A stretch of 64,000 bases of DNA from NCBI GenBank assembly GCA_013239625.1, contig MU054187.1, positions 9,507,231-9,571,230 of the forward strand, read 5' to 3'. The notes under the pieces were generated by a model. It searched no databases. It saw only the letters and a list, made by a program, of their open reading frames with translations, and was not told the origin of the DNA. This document shows positions 49,930 through 62,205 of the stretch, in pieces. The translations under genes and the position numbers were made by a program. The stretch comes from Lama guanicoe. Its lineage: Eukaryota. Each line of letters begins with the position of its first letter. The first letter of the stretch is position 1.

Positions 49930-51230
49930 TTTTAAATTTTTATTTTGCCATCTTTATAGATTCACATGCAGTTGAAAGAAATGACACAGAGATCCTGTAT
50001 ACCCTTCACCCAGTTACCTCTCGTAGTAATGTCTTGAACAACTACAGTGTAATAGCACAACCAGGAAACTGATGAGGATACAATCCATTCACCTTATTCA
50101 GATTTCACCATTTTTACATGCACTTATGTGTGTGTGGGTGGGTGCTTGGTTCCACGGAATGTTACCACTCGTGCAGATTATGTGACCACCATCATAGTCC
50201 AGATACAAGCATTTCCAATACGAGGATACCCTGGGCTACCTTTTTTGAGCCATAGCCACTTCCTTCCCTCCCCAGTCCCCGAGGACTGATCTATCCCCCC
50301 ATATCTACAATTTTGTACAATTTAAGCTAGGAACCTTTGAGGTGGGCTTTTTTCCCACTCCACAAAATTCTCTGGAGGTTCATCCAGGTTGTTGCATGTA
50401 CCAGTAGTTCCTTTTTATGACTAAGCAGGATTCCCCAGTGTGGATGGGCCATAGTTTGTTTAACCACTCATGGAAGGGCTGAGTTGATTCCAGTTTTTGG
50501 TTGATTCCGATCTTGGGCTATTAGGAACCAAGCTGCTACGAATGATTGTGTACAGGTTTCTGTGTAAACATAAGTTTTCATTTTTCTGGAATAAGTGTCC
50601 AGGAGTGCCATGTGATTTGACTTGTTCAGTTATGTTAAAAATTGACAAACTGTTTCACTGGTGAAGGGGAAGGGGGGCGTGGCACTGCACCATTTTACAT
50701 TCCCATCAGAAATGTGGAGTTTGTCCACATTCTCATCATCATTTGGTGTTACCATTATTTTTTTATTGTAGTCATTCTGTGAGTGTGTAGTGAGCTCTCA
50801 TTGTGATTTTAATTTGCATTTCTCTAATGGCTAACGATGTTGAACATCTTTTCTTGCACTGATTTGCCATCTGTATATCCTCTTTGGTGAAATGTCTGTT
50901 CGTGCCTTTTGCCTGTTTTCCAATTGGGTTGTTTATTTTTTTACTGTTGGGTTTTGAAAATTCTTTATATATTCTAGATATAAGTCCTGGTCAGATGTGT
51001 GGTTTGCAAGTATTTTCTCCCTGTCTGTTGATGGTCTTTCATCTTCTTACAGGGTCTTTCACAGAGCAAAAGTTTTGAACTTTTATTTCATTTTCTTGCC
51101 TTATTGCATTGCTTCCAGTACTTCCAGTACTATGTTAAATAAGAGTGCTGAGAGCAGCCAGCCTCACCTTGTTCCTGATCTTAGGGAGAAAGCATTCAGT
51201 TTTCCGTATTCACTGTGACATTAGCTGTAG
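49930..51230 (-). mobile_element. Old L1M fragment
   Basis: TTTAATTTGCATTTCTCTAATGGCTAACGATGTTGAACATCTTTTC and CTTGTTCCTGATCTTAGGGAGAAAGCATTCAG are typical of antisense L1. Confidence 0.8.
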
Positions 51231-53669
51231 TAATGTCTTATTCTGTGTGCAATCATTTATTTTCTTGTCCCTCTCATCTGGTAACACAGGGTAAAAATCT
51301 TGTTTTAATGATCTCTAGATCCTTATCACCTAGAAAATAGTGTGCATGTACAGCAGGAAATTTCTAGTAAGTATTTGCCTAGTAGAATGGAGAGAAACAA
51401 ACAACCAGTCTAATTTTTTCTTACTCACAGAATCTGATTTCTCATTGGCCAAATTCTCAAACTTTTCAAGTGAATTAATGCAAAGCTCGTGAGTCCCAGA
51501 TCCTCAGCTGTAACCAATGAGTGCTGGAACTAAAATCTTTTGTGCAACATATTCTGATATAAAAACAACCTGGTAAAAAACAAAAAGTGTTCTAGGACCC
51601 ATTTTTAAAAGTCTTGATCCATTGAAAATGTTGGGAGAGCGGCTTGTGGGGTCCACAGAACTTAGGGTCCTCCTCTTACAGATAAATGCTCAGAGAACCA
51701 CCCCCAGCTGAGCCAATGAGGAACAACTTTATAAAGAACAAACAGCTATTTAGCCACACAAAAGAAAATCTTCCTGCCGGGAGTAACACCATTAACATCT
51801 TAGCAGATTTTCCATTATGAATCTGACATTTCTTTCTTCTTCAAAGCCCAATCTGAGTGCTTTTGATTTTTTTAATGAAATAATAAAACCATCAACACAC
51901 AATAAAAGTGATGCAGTATTTATAATCAGGTGTCTCTAGAGTATATTTTATGTCAAAGAAAAGATTGAGTTACTAGGCCTTTCCTTTTAAATCCCTTAAA
52001 ACCTTCATCTTTAGAATAAGAGACTCAAACTCTTCTCTCAGGTCTTAATTTTTATGTGGCTTCTTATTACTTTTTGATCCCCTCTAAAACTCTAAATCTC
52101 AACATAGCTTCAGCTCCTTCCACGGCTGAACTGGCAGCCGGCTGATCTTTTTATTGGTGAGTAATGGATTTAGTTTGATTGCTGACACGGGAACAATGAA
52201 AGGATAAACAATTCCATTTGCGGCCATGAAATTCCCCATCTGTTGAGTGCGTTCAGGACCCAAGAGCGCTGGGCAGAGACAGACAAGGGAGCCGGCCACG
52301 CCTGATGTTAATGACATCCGTCACACAGGCTGAACATGTGGCTTCATAAATCAAGAGCTAATAGCAACTCTGATTACTCTTGTTATTAACTTGCCAGCCA
52401 TTTAAATACCTAAGAATTTACCATAACGTTGAGCCTAGATAACTGATTTGCAATTCTGATCTCACCAAGAGACCAGAGGTAGGAGGGGAAGCTAAAAATA
52501 ATTTTTCTAAGTTAAAAAACACAATAACTTTCAGATGCACACTTAAATATCTGCAGTTGAAATACATGATATCTGGAATGGGTTTCAAAATAAAATGGAT
52601 TGGGGGTGTGGGTAGTAGAGGTGACAAAAGATTGGCCATGAATCGATCATTGGTAAAGCTGAGTGATGGGAACCTGGAGGTTCATTATATTACACTCTTT
52701 ACTTTAATATTTGTTTAAAATTATTCATAACGCTAAATGTTAAATTATTCAAATGGTAAAGTTAAAAAAACACTTGAAGATTACTGGAAAATGGAAGCTT
52801 CCTTTGTTTAGCATAAGCATTTTTGCCTAATTAATCTTTTCTTAAAGAAAAAATTTTAAATTATGCTGACACAACAGTTCAAGCATTTAACAAAGCAAAT
52901 CAGCGATCACCACCAAACAGGAAAGCTGCACATCTGACAGGGAGAAGATCAGGCAACACCTACGGTGGTGTTCCAGGAGCCCACACCTCCCACAGCCCAA
53001 GCCCTAACTAAGGCGGGGAGCCCACTGTGCTGGGGAAAGCTAAATAGTTCCCCCACCCTCTCCCTTTTTATTTTCCACTGCAGTGAGTTACCTGCTGTCG
53101 CCCTCACTTCTGTATTTTGTGGCCTCTCTTCATGGATGTTCTGTCTTAGGTGCTCCAATTTGGGGGCAATTGTCAAAGAAATGGAAAACGAAAGAACAAT
53201 GGGAAGGGAAACAACCAAAGGAAAGTGACAGCACCTTGTGCAAAGGACGTGTTCAGTACACTTCTGTTAAGTAAATCCTCTTAATGCCTCGTCTCTGCTG
53301 GATTCCGCAGAGGAAGCTCTCGGTGTGTCTCCATTAATCCTGATATTGTTAGAAGGTGGGAAGGAAATCTATCAGCCTCTCCAGCCCTAAATTATACACA
53401 AATAGAATGTTGCTCCAGTTTATTCAAGATACAATCACTGAATACCTACTCTGTGCCCAATACTATGCTGGGCAGTGGGGTAACCATACTGAACAGGGCA
53501 CGTGGCTTTTTAGGGCCTGGCAGACAAATGAGCAACCACTACTCCGTGTAGTGCTGCAATGGAGTTCAGGCCCTGTGACCTGCCCTGGGAATCTTCTAGT
53601 AGAAGAGATACTGAAATTGAGAATGTCAAGTGCATAGTCCAAGAGCCAATGAAGGGATTGGGCAGGTTG

Positions 53670-53975
53670 GAGAACCATGCAGTCCAATATGGTGGCCACT
53701 AGCCACATGTGGCTATTGAGCCCTTAAAATGTGACTAGTCCAAACTGAAATATGCTGTAATTGTAAAGCACCAGATTTTGAAGACTTAGCATCTTTAAAA
53801 CTCAGATATCTCATTATGATTTTTATATTCATTGTATATTAAAATATAGTATTTTAGATCTATTAGGTTAAATAAAATGTATCATTAATTTCACTTGTCT
53901 CTGAACTTTATAGATGTGACTATGACAACATTTTTAATTAGATATGGGGCTAGCATTACATTTCTGGGGGGTGAT
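53670..53975. mobile_element. MER3/MER33-like hAT-Charlie MITE
   Basis: GTCCAATATGGTGGCCACTAGCCACATGTGGCTATTGAGC motif. Confidence 0.75.
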
Positions 53976-55033
53976 GCTGCTCTAGTGGTTCCTTGTGAGC
54001 TGGGTGAAGAGTGTGGGTTGAGAGGCACCTTGAAGGAATTGAGAGACTGTTCAGGCCCCTGGTGTCAGCAGAAAGGGAACAAGAGTCACTTAACATCTCC
54101 CCTTGAATATCAAACTTCATAGGGCCAAAACTTAGTTCCTGATCCATAGTGCATGCTAGAGTCGCCACCCTGATTCTCCAGGACCAAGGCTCTCCTCCTC
54201 CAGCTGCTGAGTGTTGGTGACTGACAGCTCACAGCCAAGTTCCCCCCAGAGCTTGTCCTCCACTAAGGAGGATCGCCTTCCCCAAGGTCACATCCCTTCC
54301 CAGGGTGGCCTCCATCCAGTGCCAATTGAGTAGGAAGTCAGTCAGGAAGCCAGACCAACCACCTTGCCCTGGTGTGGATAACTGCCCAGCTTCAGAGTTC
54401 CTTCATGGGGTTGGCTGAGTTCCCTGTGGGGTCTACATGGCAGCTCAGCAATGTCCTCTACCCCTTCTCACTTCCTTCACTTCCACCCCAGGTGTCAATC
54501 CTACAAGCACTGACCAGCAAACTCCCTGCATGCAAATTTTATCTGGGTCGGCTTCCTGGAAACTTGACCCACAACATGACCTCCCCGCAAAATCTCTTCC
54601 TCTTTCACTCTTCCCCTGGTGCCATCCTTCACGCCTCTCTTTCTCTCACACCCACAGCCTACTGATCAGAAATCAGACTGGTTTTACCTTAAATTATACC
54701 CAGAATTTGACCAGTTCTCACCACACCTTCACCATCACCCTGATCCAAGCCCCCATCATCTCTCCCCCAAGGTACTGCAGTGGCTCCTGACTCTTCTCCC
54801 TGCTTCTGTCCTTGCCATCCTTCAGCCTTTCTCACAGCATAACCAGAATGAAGGTCTCCAGTCAGGTCACGGGACAGCGTGCCTGAAGCCCACTAGGGAC
54901 TTCCTGTCCTATGCAGAGTAAAGGCTAAATCCTTGCTATGATCCAGCGTGTTTAGGACAATCCCAGTTTATATTTAATGTCCTGGCCTAATTTTAACAGC
55001 AATTGCTTTCAGTCTTAAAAGTAGCCTAGTTTG

Positions 55034-55496
55034 CATTAAATAATGAAATAATGCCATTTGCAGCAACATAGATGGATCTAGAGATTATCACGCTAAGTGA
55101 AGTAAGTCAGACAAAGCCAAATATTGTACAATATCACTTATATGTGGAATCTAAAAAATGATACAAATGAACTTATTTACAGAAGAGAAAGAGATTCCCA
55201 TATCTATGGGGAAAAAAAGACCTTTGGTTCCCAAAGGGGAAAGGCAATAGGGGAGGTATAAATTAGGAGTTCGGGATTGGCAGATACAAACTAGTATTCA
55301 TAAAATAGATAAACACCAAGGTCCTACTGTATAGCACAGGGAACTATATTCAATATCCTATAATATCCTATAATGAAAAAGAACATGAACTATATATATG
55401 TGGTTGTGTGTATATATATATAACTGAATCACTATGCTGAACACCAGAAACTAACACAACATTGTAAATCAACTATACATCAATAAAAAAAATTTT
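55034..55496 (+). mobile_element. L1 3' end inserted in a MER94-like MITE within an L2
   Basis: L1 3' UTR with A tail. Imperfect TSD AAGTAGCCTAGTTTG (55019-55033) / AAGTACCTAGTTTG (55497-55510). Confidence 0.85.
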
Positions 55497-55905
55497 AAGT
55501 ACCTAGTTTGGATTACAAACTATATGGTACCCATCTGTAAGGCCCTTGACGAAGTAGCCTCCTGCTACCTCTTGGACCTTATCTCCTAGTACCCTCCTTT
55601 GTTCACTCTATTCAAGTGGCTCCAGAATGTCCTGCAAACAAGTAGACAAACTCCTGCCTCAGGGTATTTGTACTTGCTATTCCCTTGCCTGAGATGTTCT
55701 TCCTCCAGTTATTTGTAGCCTAACTTCCTCATGTCCCTCAGGCTTTACTCAAGATCACCTTTTTGATGAGATCTTCTCTGGCCACCCCATTTAAAATTTC
55801 ACATCTCTATCCTAACTTTTCAAATCCTTCTCCTTCACTATATTTTTTTCTCCTTTTTTACCTTTTGACTATTCACTACATTGTATATTTTACTTATTTA
55901 TCCTG

Positions 55906-56255
55906 GTGTCTTAGTCCATTCGGGCTGCTACATACCACAAACTGGGTAGCTTATAACAAGAGAAATCTATTTCTCACAGTTCTGGAGACTGGCAAGGCCA
56001 AGCTCAAGGCACCAGCACGGTCATTTTCTGGTGAAGCCCCCATCCAGCTTCATAGCTAGTGCCTTCTTGCTGTGTCCTCACTTGGTGGAAGCGGCTGAGG
56101 AGCTCGGTGAGGTCTCTCTGATAGGGGCACTAATCCCACTTATGAGAGTGCCACTCTCATGGCCTAAGTACCTCCCAAAGGCCCCACTTTCTTGTAGCAT
56201 CACATTGGGCATTAAGATCTCAACATATGAATTCTGGCAGGGGACAAACATTCAT
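55906..56255 (-). mobile_element. MaLR solo LTR (MLT1A-like)
   Basis: TGTCTTAGTCCATTCGGGCTGCTA...TTTCTCACAGTTCTGGAG...CCTCCCAAAGGCCCCAC motifs. Confidence 0.85.
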
Positions 56256-56374
56256 CTGATTATCATCTGCCTCCCTCAGCAGGATGGAAGTTCCATGAGT
56301 TTACATTTCATCAATCCCAGCGCTTGATGCAAAGCAGCTGTTCCATAAATACCTGTTGAAAAGACGAACGAATG

Positions 56375-56710
56375 AAACATGGATGAGCTTCAAAAATATG
56401 ATGTTAAATGAAAGAAGCTAGACACAAAAGGTCTCATTTTGTATGATTCCATTTAAATGAGGAGGTACATCCGTAGGGACGGAATGCAGAGTAGTGGTTG
56501 CTAGAGTCTGGGGGAAGGGAGAATGAGGAGTGATGACTTAATGAGGAGTATGGGGTTTCCTTTTGGGGTGATGAAAATGTTTGGCAACCAGGTAGCAGTG
56601 GCAGTGGTGATAGTAGGACAACATCATGAATGTACTAAATGCCACTGAAATGTGCACTTTAAAATGGTTAATTTTATGTTGCATAAATTCTACCTCGATT
56701 TAAAAAAGCA
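56375..56710 (+). mobile_element. L1MB-like 3' end
   Basis: TTCCTTTTGGGGTGATGAAAATGTT...AATGTACTAAATGCCACTGAA...TTTAAAATGGTTAATTTTATGTT. Confidence 0.8.
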
Positions 56711-57200
56711 AAACACAAAAATGAATGAAGAGTTATGGGACGGTGAGGTCTGCAGGGCTGGGCTGTGGATATTCGGTACAGTGTAGGGAGTGCTGGGGGT
56801 CGTGGATCCCTCAGTCCGGCCACAGCAGGACAGCCTGAGGACTGTGTATGTAGAAGCCCATTCGAGAACCCGCCCTGTAGCAAGCCTGGGTCCTTCTGAC
56901 TTATGCCATATTTCAATAACCATACTAATGCCAGTGAGGTCCCAGGCACTGTCCACTCTGAACCCAAGAGAGCTCTGGGCCAGCACCTAAGGAGGAAATC
57001 AAGCTGCAATAATAGGTCATGCAAAAGTTCTGTCATTTTCAAACGATTTTCTTCCAAATAAATGTGATATGATAGATTCCTCTTCTTTCCTAAACCTTTC
57101 CCTTGATGAAACTGTTGAGGTGTCTAAGAGCACACACTTTGGAGCAGGCTGCTTGGCTCTGATCCTGGCTCAGAATCTTAATACCTACAAAACCTTAGAC

Positions 57201-57405
57201 CAGTGGTTCTCAACCAGGGGTGAATCTGCACATTTGGTAATGTCTGGGGACAAGTTTGGTTGTTACAACCTACAAAATGCTACCAGCCGCTGATGTGGAA
57301 AGGCCAGCAATGCCACTAAACATCCTACAATGCAAGTGCAGTCCCAACATCAAAGAATTATCTGGCCCCAGATGTTGATAATGATGCAATTCAGAAACTC
57401 TGCTT
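57201..57405. mobile_element. MER20-like hAT MITE interrupting a MIR (~57110-57560)
   Basis: CAGTGGTTCTCAACCAGGG...TAAACATCCTACAATGCA...AAAGAATTATCTGGCCCC. The MIR core CCTCAGTCTTCTCACCTGTAAAATGGG resumes afterwards. Confidence 0.75.
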
Positions 57406-57732
57406 TCAACCAGTTACTGAGCTGTTTGGAGCCTCAGTCTTCTCACCTGTAAAATGGGGGTATTGGTACTGGGCCGACTTACAGGGTTGTGAGGATTAAA
57501 TAAAACAGTGAGCAAAGGGCATAGCATAGTGCTTGGCACACAATAAGTGCTATTCTTTAAAGTATTATTAGGTTAAGCCCGTGTCTGATTATCTCAATTA
57601 TTGCAGAACCTAGTAAGAGCAACTGAAATTTGTCTTCTTCCCCAACTCAAACCCGAGATGCAAGCTTTTAACATGGGAGCATCAGATGGAGATGGAGCAT
57701 GTTATTACCAGGGCCAGTAAACCCACTCCAAT

Positions 57733-57941
57733 AGGCTCACCTGATATAGCAAATAAAAATAGAGGAAGCCCTGTTAGATTTGAATTTCAGTAATTCAAAT
57801 AATTTTTAATTTCAGTAAAACAAATAATTTTTAGTATAAGTATGTCCCATACAATATTTGGGACATACTTGTACTAGGAAAACTATTTGTGATTTTTCTT
57901 AAATTAAAACTTAACAGGGTGATCTGTATTTTACCTGACCA
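57733..57941. mobile_element. MER53-like palindromic MITE
   Basis: Long imperfect inverted repeat centred on AAGTATGTCCCA-tacaatatt-TGGGACATACTT. Confidence 0.8.
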
Positions 57942-58419
57942 CCGACACCTCAAGCACCTGCCCTCTGATAAGGAAAGTCTTCACCCACAAAGAGCATTAC
58001 TTTGCATAAGTTAGAGATCGAAACCATTTCTCTCTGTGTGTCTGAGGAACTGAAAGGAGAAAGCTGTACCTGCTAAAATTATGAATGTACCCTCTATTCC
58101 ACAAGTCACTGAAGATAAAACTCAGAGGCCTTTTCAGAGGCCCACAGCCTGGTGTCCCCTGGTCTGCAAAGCCTGGTGTTGTGGCATTGGTGGGGGGGTC
58201 CAGGTTTTGGAGTCATGACTGACCTGGGTTAGGGATCCTCTTCTGTAAAACGGTAGTAGGCCCACCTTGCACGGTTGTTGTAGGGCTAATGTACAAAATG
58301 CCTGGTGCATAATAGGTGATCAACAGTAACATCACCTGCATAGTGCGTGGTTCACGATGGGGTTCAATAAACATGGAGAGAATGGATGAACGCTGTACGG
58401 CACGAGCTGGGAGGACACT

Positions 58420-59160
58420 GGCCACCATTCACATTGAGGGGCTGCCCCACCTCTGCTTTGCCACAAAATCCGCATCCCTCAGGTGCTTTTAAAGCCACAT
58501 ACTCCTGGGAGCCGTTCCAGATCTTTGGAATCAGAAAGAATGAGCGTGGGGCCCAAGCACATGACATTTCTCAAGCTGCTTTAGCAGGTCTGGGTTAAGA
58601 ATCGCCAGGGTTAAGAATCACAGATTCTAATCTTGGAAGAAGGCTCTGTCCAGAACTCTCTTCTTTCTACTGTTCATCAGAGGGTCTCAGACTTGAGTGA
58701 GATCAGAAGCCCCGGAGAGCTTATAAAACACAGGTTGCTGGGCTGTACCCCAGAGTTTCTGAGTTAGTAGGCAGGGAGGGCCTGAGAATGTGCATGTCTA
58801 ACAAGTTCCCAGGTGATGCCGATGCTCACTCCATCCAAACCCTACCTGTATGTTATCACCACCAGGGGCTGTTTATAAGTACCTACGCCCAGGCCCTAGA
58901 AAACCATATTTAAAGAGTCTAGTGGGGGACCCGAGTCTGCATGATTCTAGTGCATCCGGGTCAGGAACACCTGCTCCCTTGAGTGACTCTCTGTTCGAAC
59001 CCCAGAGTGTGCCCTGGCGCCAGCGAGGAGGGCTTCTCAGGAGCTCCTTAGAAACTCAGTCTCTCAGTGCCCACGCTTAACCTGCGGAATCAGATTCTGC
59101 ATTTTAACAAGACCCCCTGGTGAATCCTACCACATTCAAGTCTGAGAAGCATTGCTTAGG
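58420..59160. mobile_element. Cluster of MER5-like hAT-Charlie MITEs
   Basis: Repeated motifs such as TGCATGTCTAACAAGTTCCCAGGTGATGC and TCTGCATTTTAACAAGACCCCCTGGTGA. Confidence 0.65.
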
Positions 59161-60964
59161 TTCCAGCGTAAATGCTTCAGAGAGGGCTTCTTAAAGATAC
59201 ACATTTAAGGATATTCTTTGCAGTACTGTTTCTAATTTACAAAAATAGAAATAAGCTATAGGTCTATCAAGAAAGGAGTGAATAAATTTTTACAATTCAG
59301 TGGTCTTCTGCACATCTATTTAAAGAATGGGAACCATATATTTTCCCTCAAGAATGAGGGAGTGAATGCATGCATGTGTGGTATTGCTCCATTTCTATTT
59401 TCTTAACTCCATATAGAGAGATATAAAAAAATCTGCAAATATACCCACCAATCTGTAAACAGTGATTGCTTTTAGGAAGTGAGACTTGAATGGGGGAAGT
59501 GGACTTCACTTTTTCTGTGTACTTATTATAATTTTTGAGTTTGTTATAATAATCAGGTATCATTTTTATTATTTAAAATATATTTCAAACATATAAGCAT
59601 GATTTCTTAAGACCTGTTTTTCTCTGGATGTGTTTCCTTACATAAGCTCATTTAGTTACGTGTTTCAGTCTTATTCATTAGACATAGTACAATATACTCT
59701 AATTGATTAAGTCTGGGCTCTCTTAGAAAAAACCAAATCCAGCCTGGACCCCTTGAGATTAAATCCAGGTAATTCTGATTGACTTCTGGGTGCCCCAGAG
59801 GGTTCTTAATTTCAGTTTAGTATCAGGTCCTTAAAACTACATTTGTGTCTTTCAGTTCCTGGACTTTGATATTGCCTCTAATTAAGCATGTGGTTAATCA
59901 AAACCCCAGATTTCTTTTTAATAAACTGCTGCTAAACCAGGTCACTCCAATTCTGTCCTTAATTTTTTTCAATGTAAAGGTAGATATTTTTATTAGTTTT
60001 GTTAAATTTCACCTTGTAGGTTTTATTGCCCAGTCTGTTAACATAATTTCAGCCTTCAACATAATTTTGTACCTTGCTTTCTATCATACTAGGTATTCCT
60101 CTAAACTTTATATTCTCTGAAAAATTTAATCACCATGGAGGTTATAAAATTTATAGACAAGCCTTTTAGATAGTCTCTTTGTAGTTGAAAATGAACAATG
60201 AACAAAAACCCACTTAAACCTTCCAAAAAGGAAATTTATCAGGTGGAGACTGAGGTATATCCTACTGACTACAAGACAAAAATGCCACAGGGCCTGGGAG
60301 AGACAAGGCAGGAAATGGGAAACTCAAGCTTGGCAGCGCCCCCTCCCTCACCTCTGCCTCTTTATGTTCTATCTTTCTCCATCTCTCATACCCACCCCTC
60401 ACTCTCCCAACACTCCCCTCAACTCCAAGCCTCCCTCCCTCCCACTGGCCCTCACCTGAGCACGCACAGAGACACAGACCCACAGACCCTCCAAGTGTAG
60501 GCCAAGGTGAAAGGACCAGCTCCCCTCCCCTGGATTTGCATCCAGGCCTCAGGCCCCTTTCAGACCAGCAGTTCCATTTATGTCCACTGGCTTCCCCTTA
60601 ACTTCACCCTCAATGGCTCTGAGAGCCACCTCAGATACTGAGACAGTACCTTCCCTCTGGCCCCAGACCAAGGCCCAATTTCTGTTTCCAGGAGGCAGCA
60701 GTCCGGGTTATGTGTTTGCCCTGATTCAATCAAACGTGGCCCAGGGCACAAATTCAGGTATAATAAACTGTGGCTGCCCAGAGCCATCCTCTACTGCTGA
60801 GTGTGAGTCTCAGAGACATCAGTGTAACACTGGCAAGTGCCTGAAGAGTAAAATGCCCCAAATCTGTCCACCATAGAAACATCAATGCTCACCAAGGGCA
60901 GGTCTGAGAGACCATGGCTCAGGTCCCCCCAGGTCCGAAGGAGGGGGGATGGTTTTGGAGGTGA

Positions 60965-61210
60965 AGAATAGAGTACAACTTAGTGGCTAAGTACATCGGC
61001 TTTGGAAGCAACTTAGAGATTAAATCCTAATTCTGCCATGAACTAGGTATTTTAATCTTGAGCAAATTACTCAATTTCCCCACTTCTCAGTTTCCTCACT
61101 TATAAAAATGGTAAAAATAATAGCTAGTTTCATTGGGTAGTTGCAGGCATTAAATGAGATTATATATAACAGGCTTCCTAGCTCTTAGCTACATTTAATA
61201 AATGCCAACT
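60965..61210. mobile_element. MIR SINE
   Basis: CTTGAGCAAATTACTCAA...CTCAGTTTCCTCACTTATAAAAATGG...ATTAAATGAGAT core. Other MIR fragments are near 310-430, 4820-5360, 9910-10120, 47450-47680 and 63900-64000. Confidence 0.7.
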
Positions 61211-62138
61211 ATCCTTATTAATAACACATCATCATCCTTATCAGTATGAAGAAATAAATCTGTAATGGTGTAATGAAAGGTAGTAGGTCTGATATAATAC
61301 AAATGTTTCAACCATCCCTTATTTTTTGTATCGAGAGAGAGAGAATATAGAGGATAAAATATAAGCTATATAGGCTATTTAGGGTAATATATATTAGGAT
61401 ACTTAGGATAATAAAAATATAACCTCCCTTTAAGTGGGAGCCTTGCATGTCCTTGTTATCATCCCTGCAAGCACCCGCCGGTGTCTACAAGGAGATGCTA
61501 AACGCCTAGCTCTCTAGAAATGTCAGCCTTGTCATGTACTGGCATGAAGCGAAAAGGCTCCGGAGAAACAGTCCTTTTGTTTAAAATAGAAACTTTGAAG
61601 GAAGCCAAATTAACACATGACAAATTACTGAATAGCCAGTTCTTCTGAAAGGAAAAAACAAACAACAACAACAACAACAAAACAGACCTTTCCTTTCTGA
61701 AATGAAAAGGAGAGTTGCTGGTACAAAAATTCACGTTTCCTTTTTCGGTGAAATCCTCCAGCCACACTTGGTGCTAACCGAGTAGGCGATTTCACTTCAT
61801 CACCACTTCACAAAAGACTTCCAAATTCACTGCGGCAGACACGGCAAAATAAAAATGTTAAATACATCCTGGCTGGGAGGGGACTGAAGCCGCCACGCTC
61901 AATCAAAGGTTCGCAATAATAGGATTCATAAAGGGAAGGAAAAAAAAAAAAAAGACAGATGGGATTAGAAAATGTTGCAGTGAAGACTCTGGAATGAGAT
62001 GAGATCACAGCACCAGCCTGTCTTTTGTGGACCGGCACAATGATCCCCGAGCCAGACTGGATTAGGAAACCTCGCGACTAGGGGTTCAGAGAGAGGCCTC
62101 CGGTTCCCAGGCACTTTTGGGGAGAGAAGGCTGAAGCG

Positions 62139-62205
62139 ATGCATCAGATTTACAGCTGCAGTGATGAAAATATAGAAGTTTTCACCACCGTGATTCCTTC
62201 CAAGG
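62139..62205 (+). CDS. VXN: Vexin (C8orf46) first coding exon; gene continues beyond the window
   Basis: ATG CAT CAG ATT TAC AGC TGC... = MHQIYSCSDENIEVFTTVIPSK, then G|GTGAGT donor. This matches the vexin N-terminus as I recall it, at the expected position downstream of ADHFE1. Confidence 0.92.

Noticed and set aside
57733..57941. Long hairpin as a novel ncRNA or miRNA precursor
   Set aside because: Fully explained by a palindromic MER53-like MITE.
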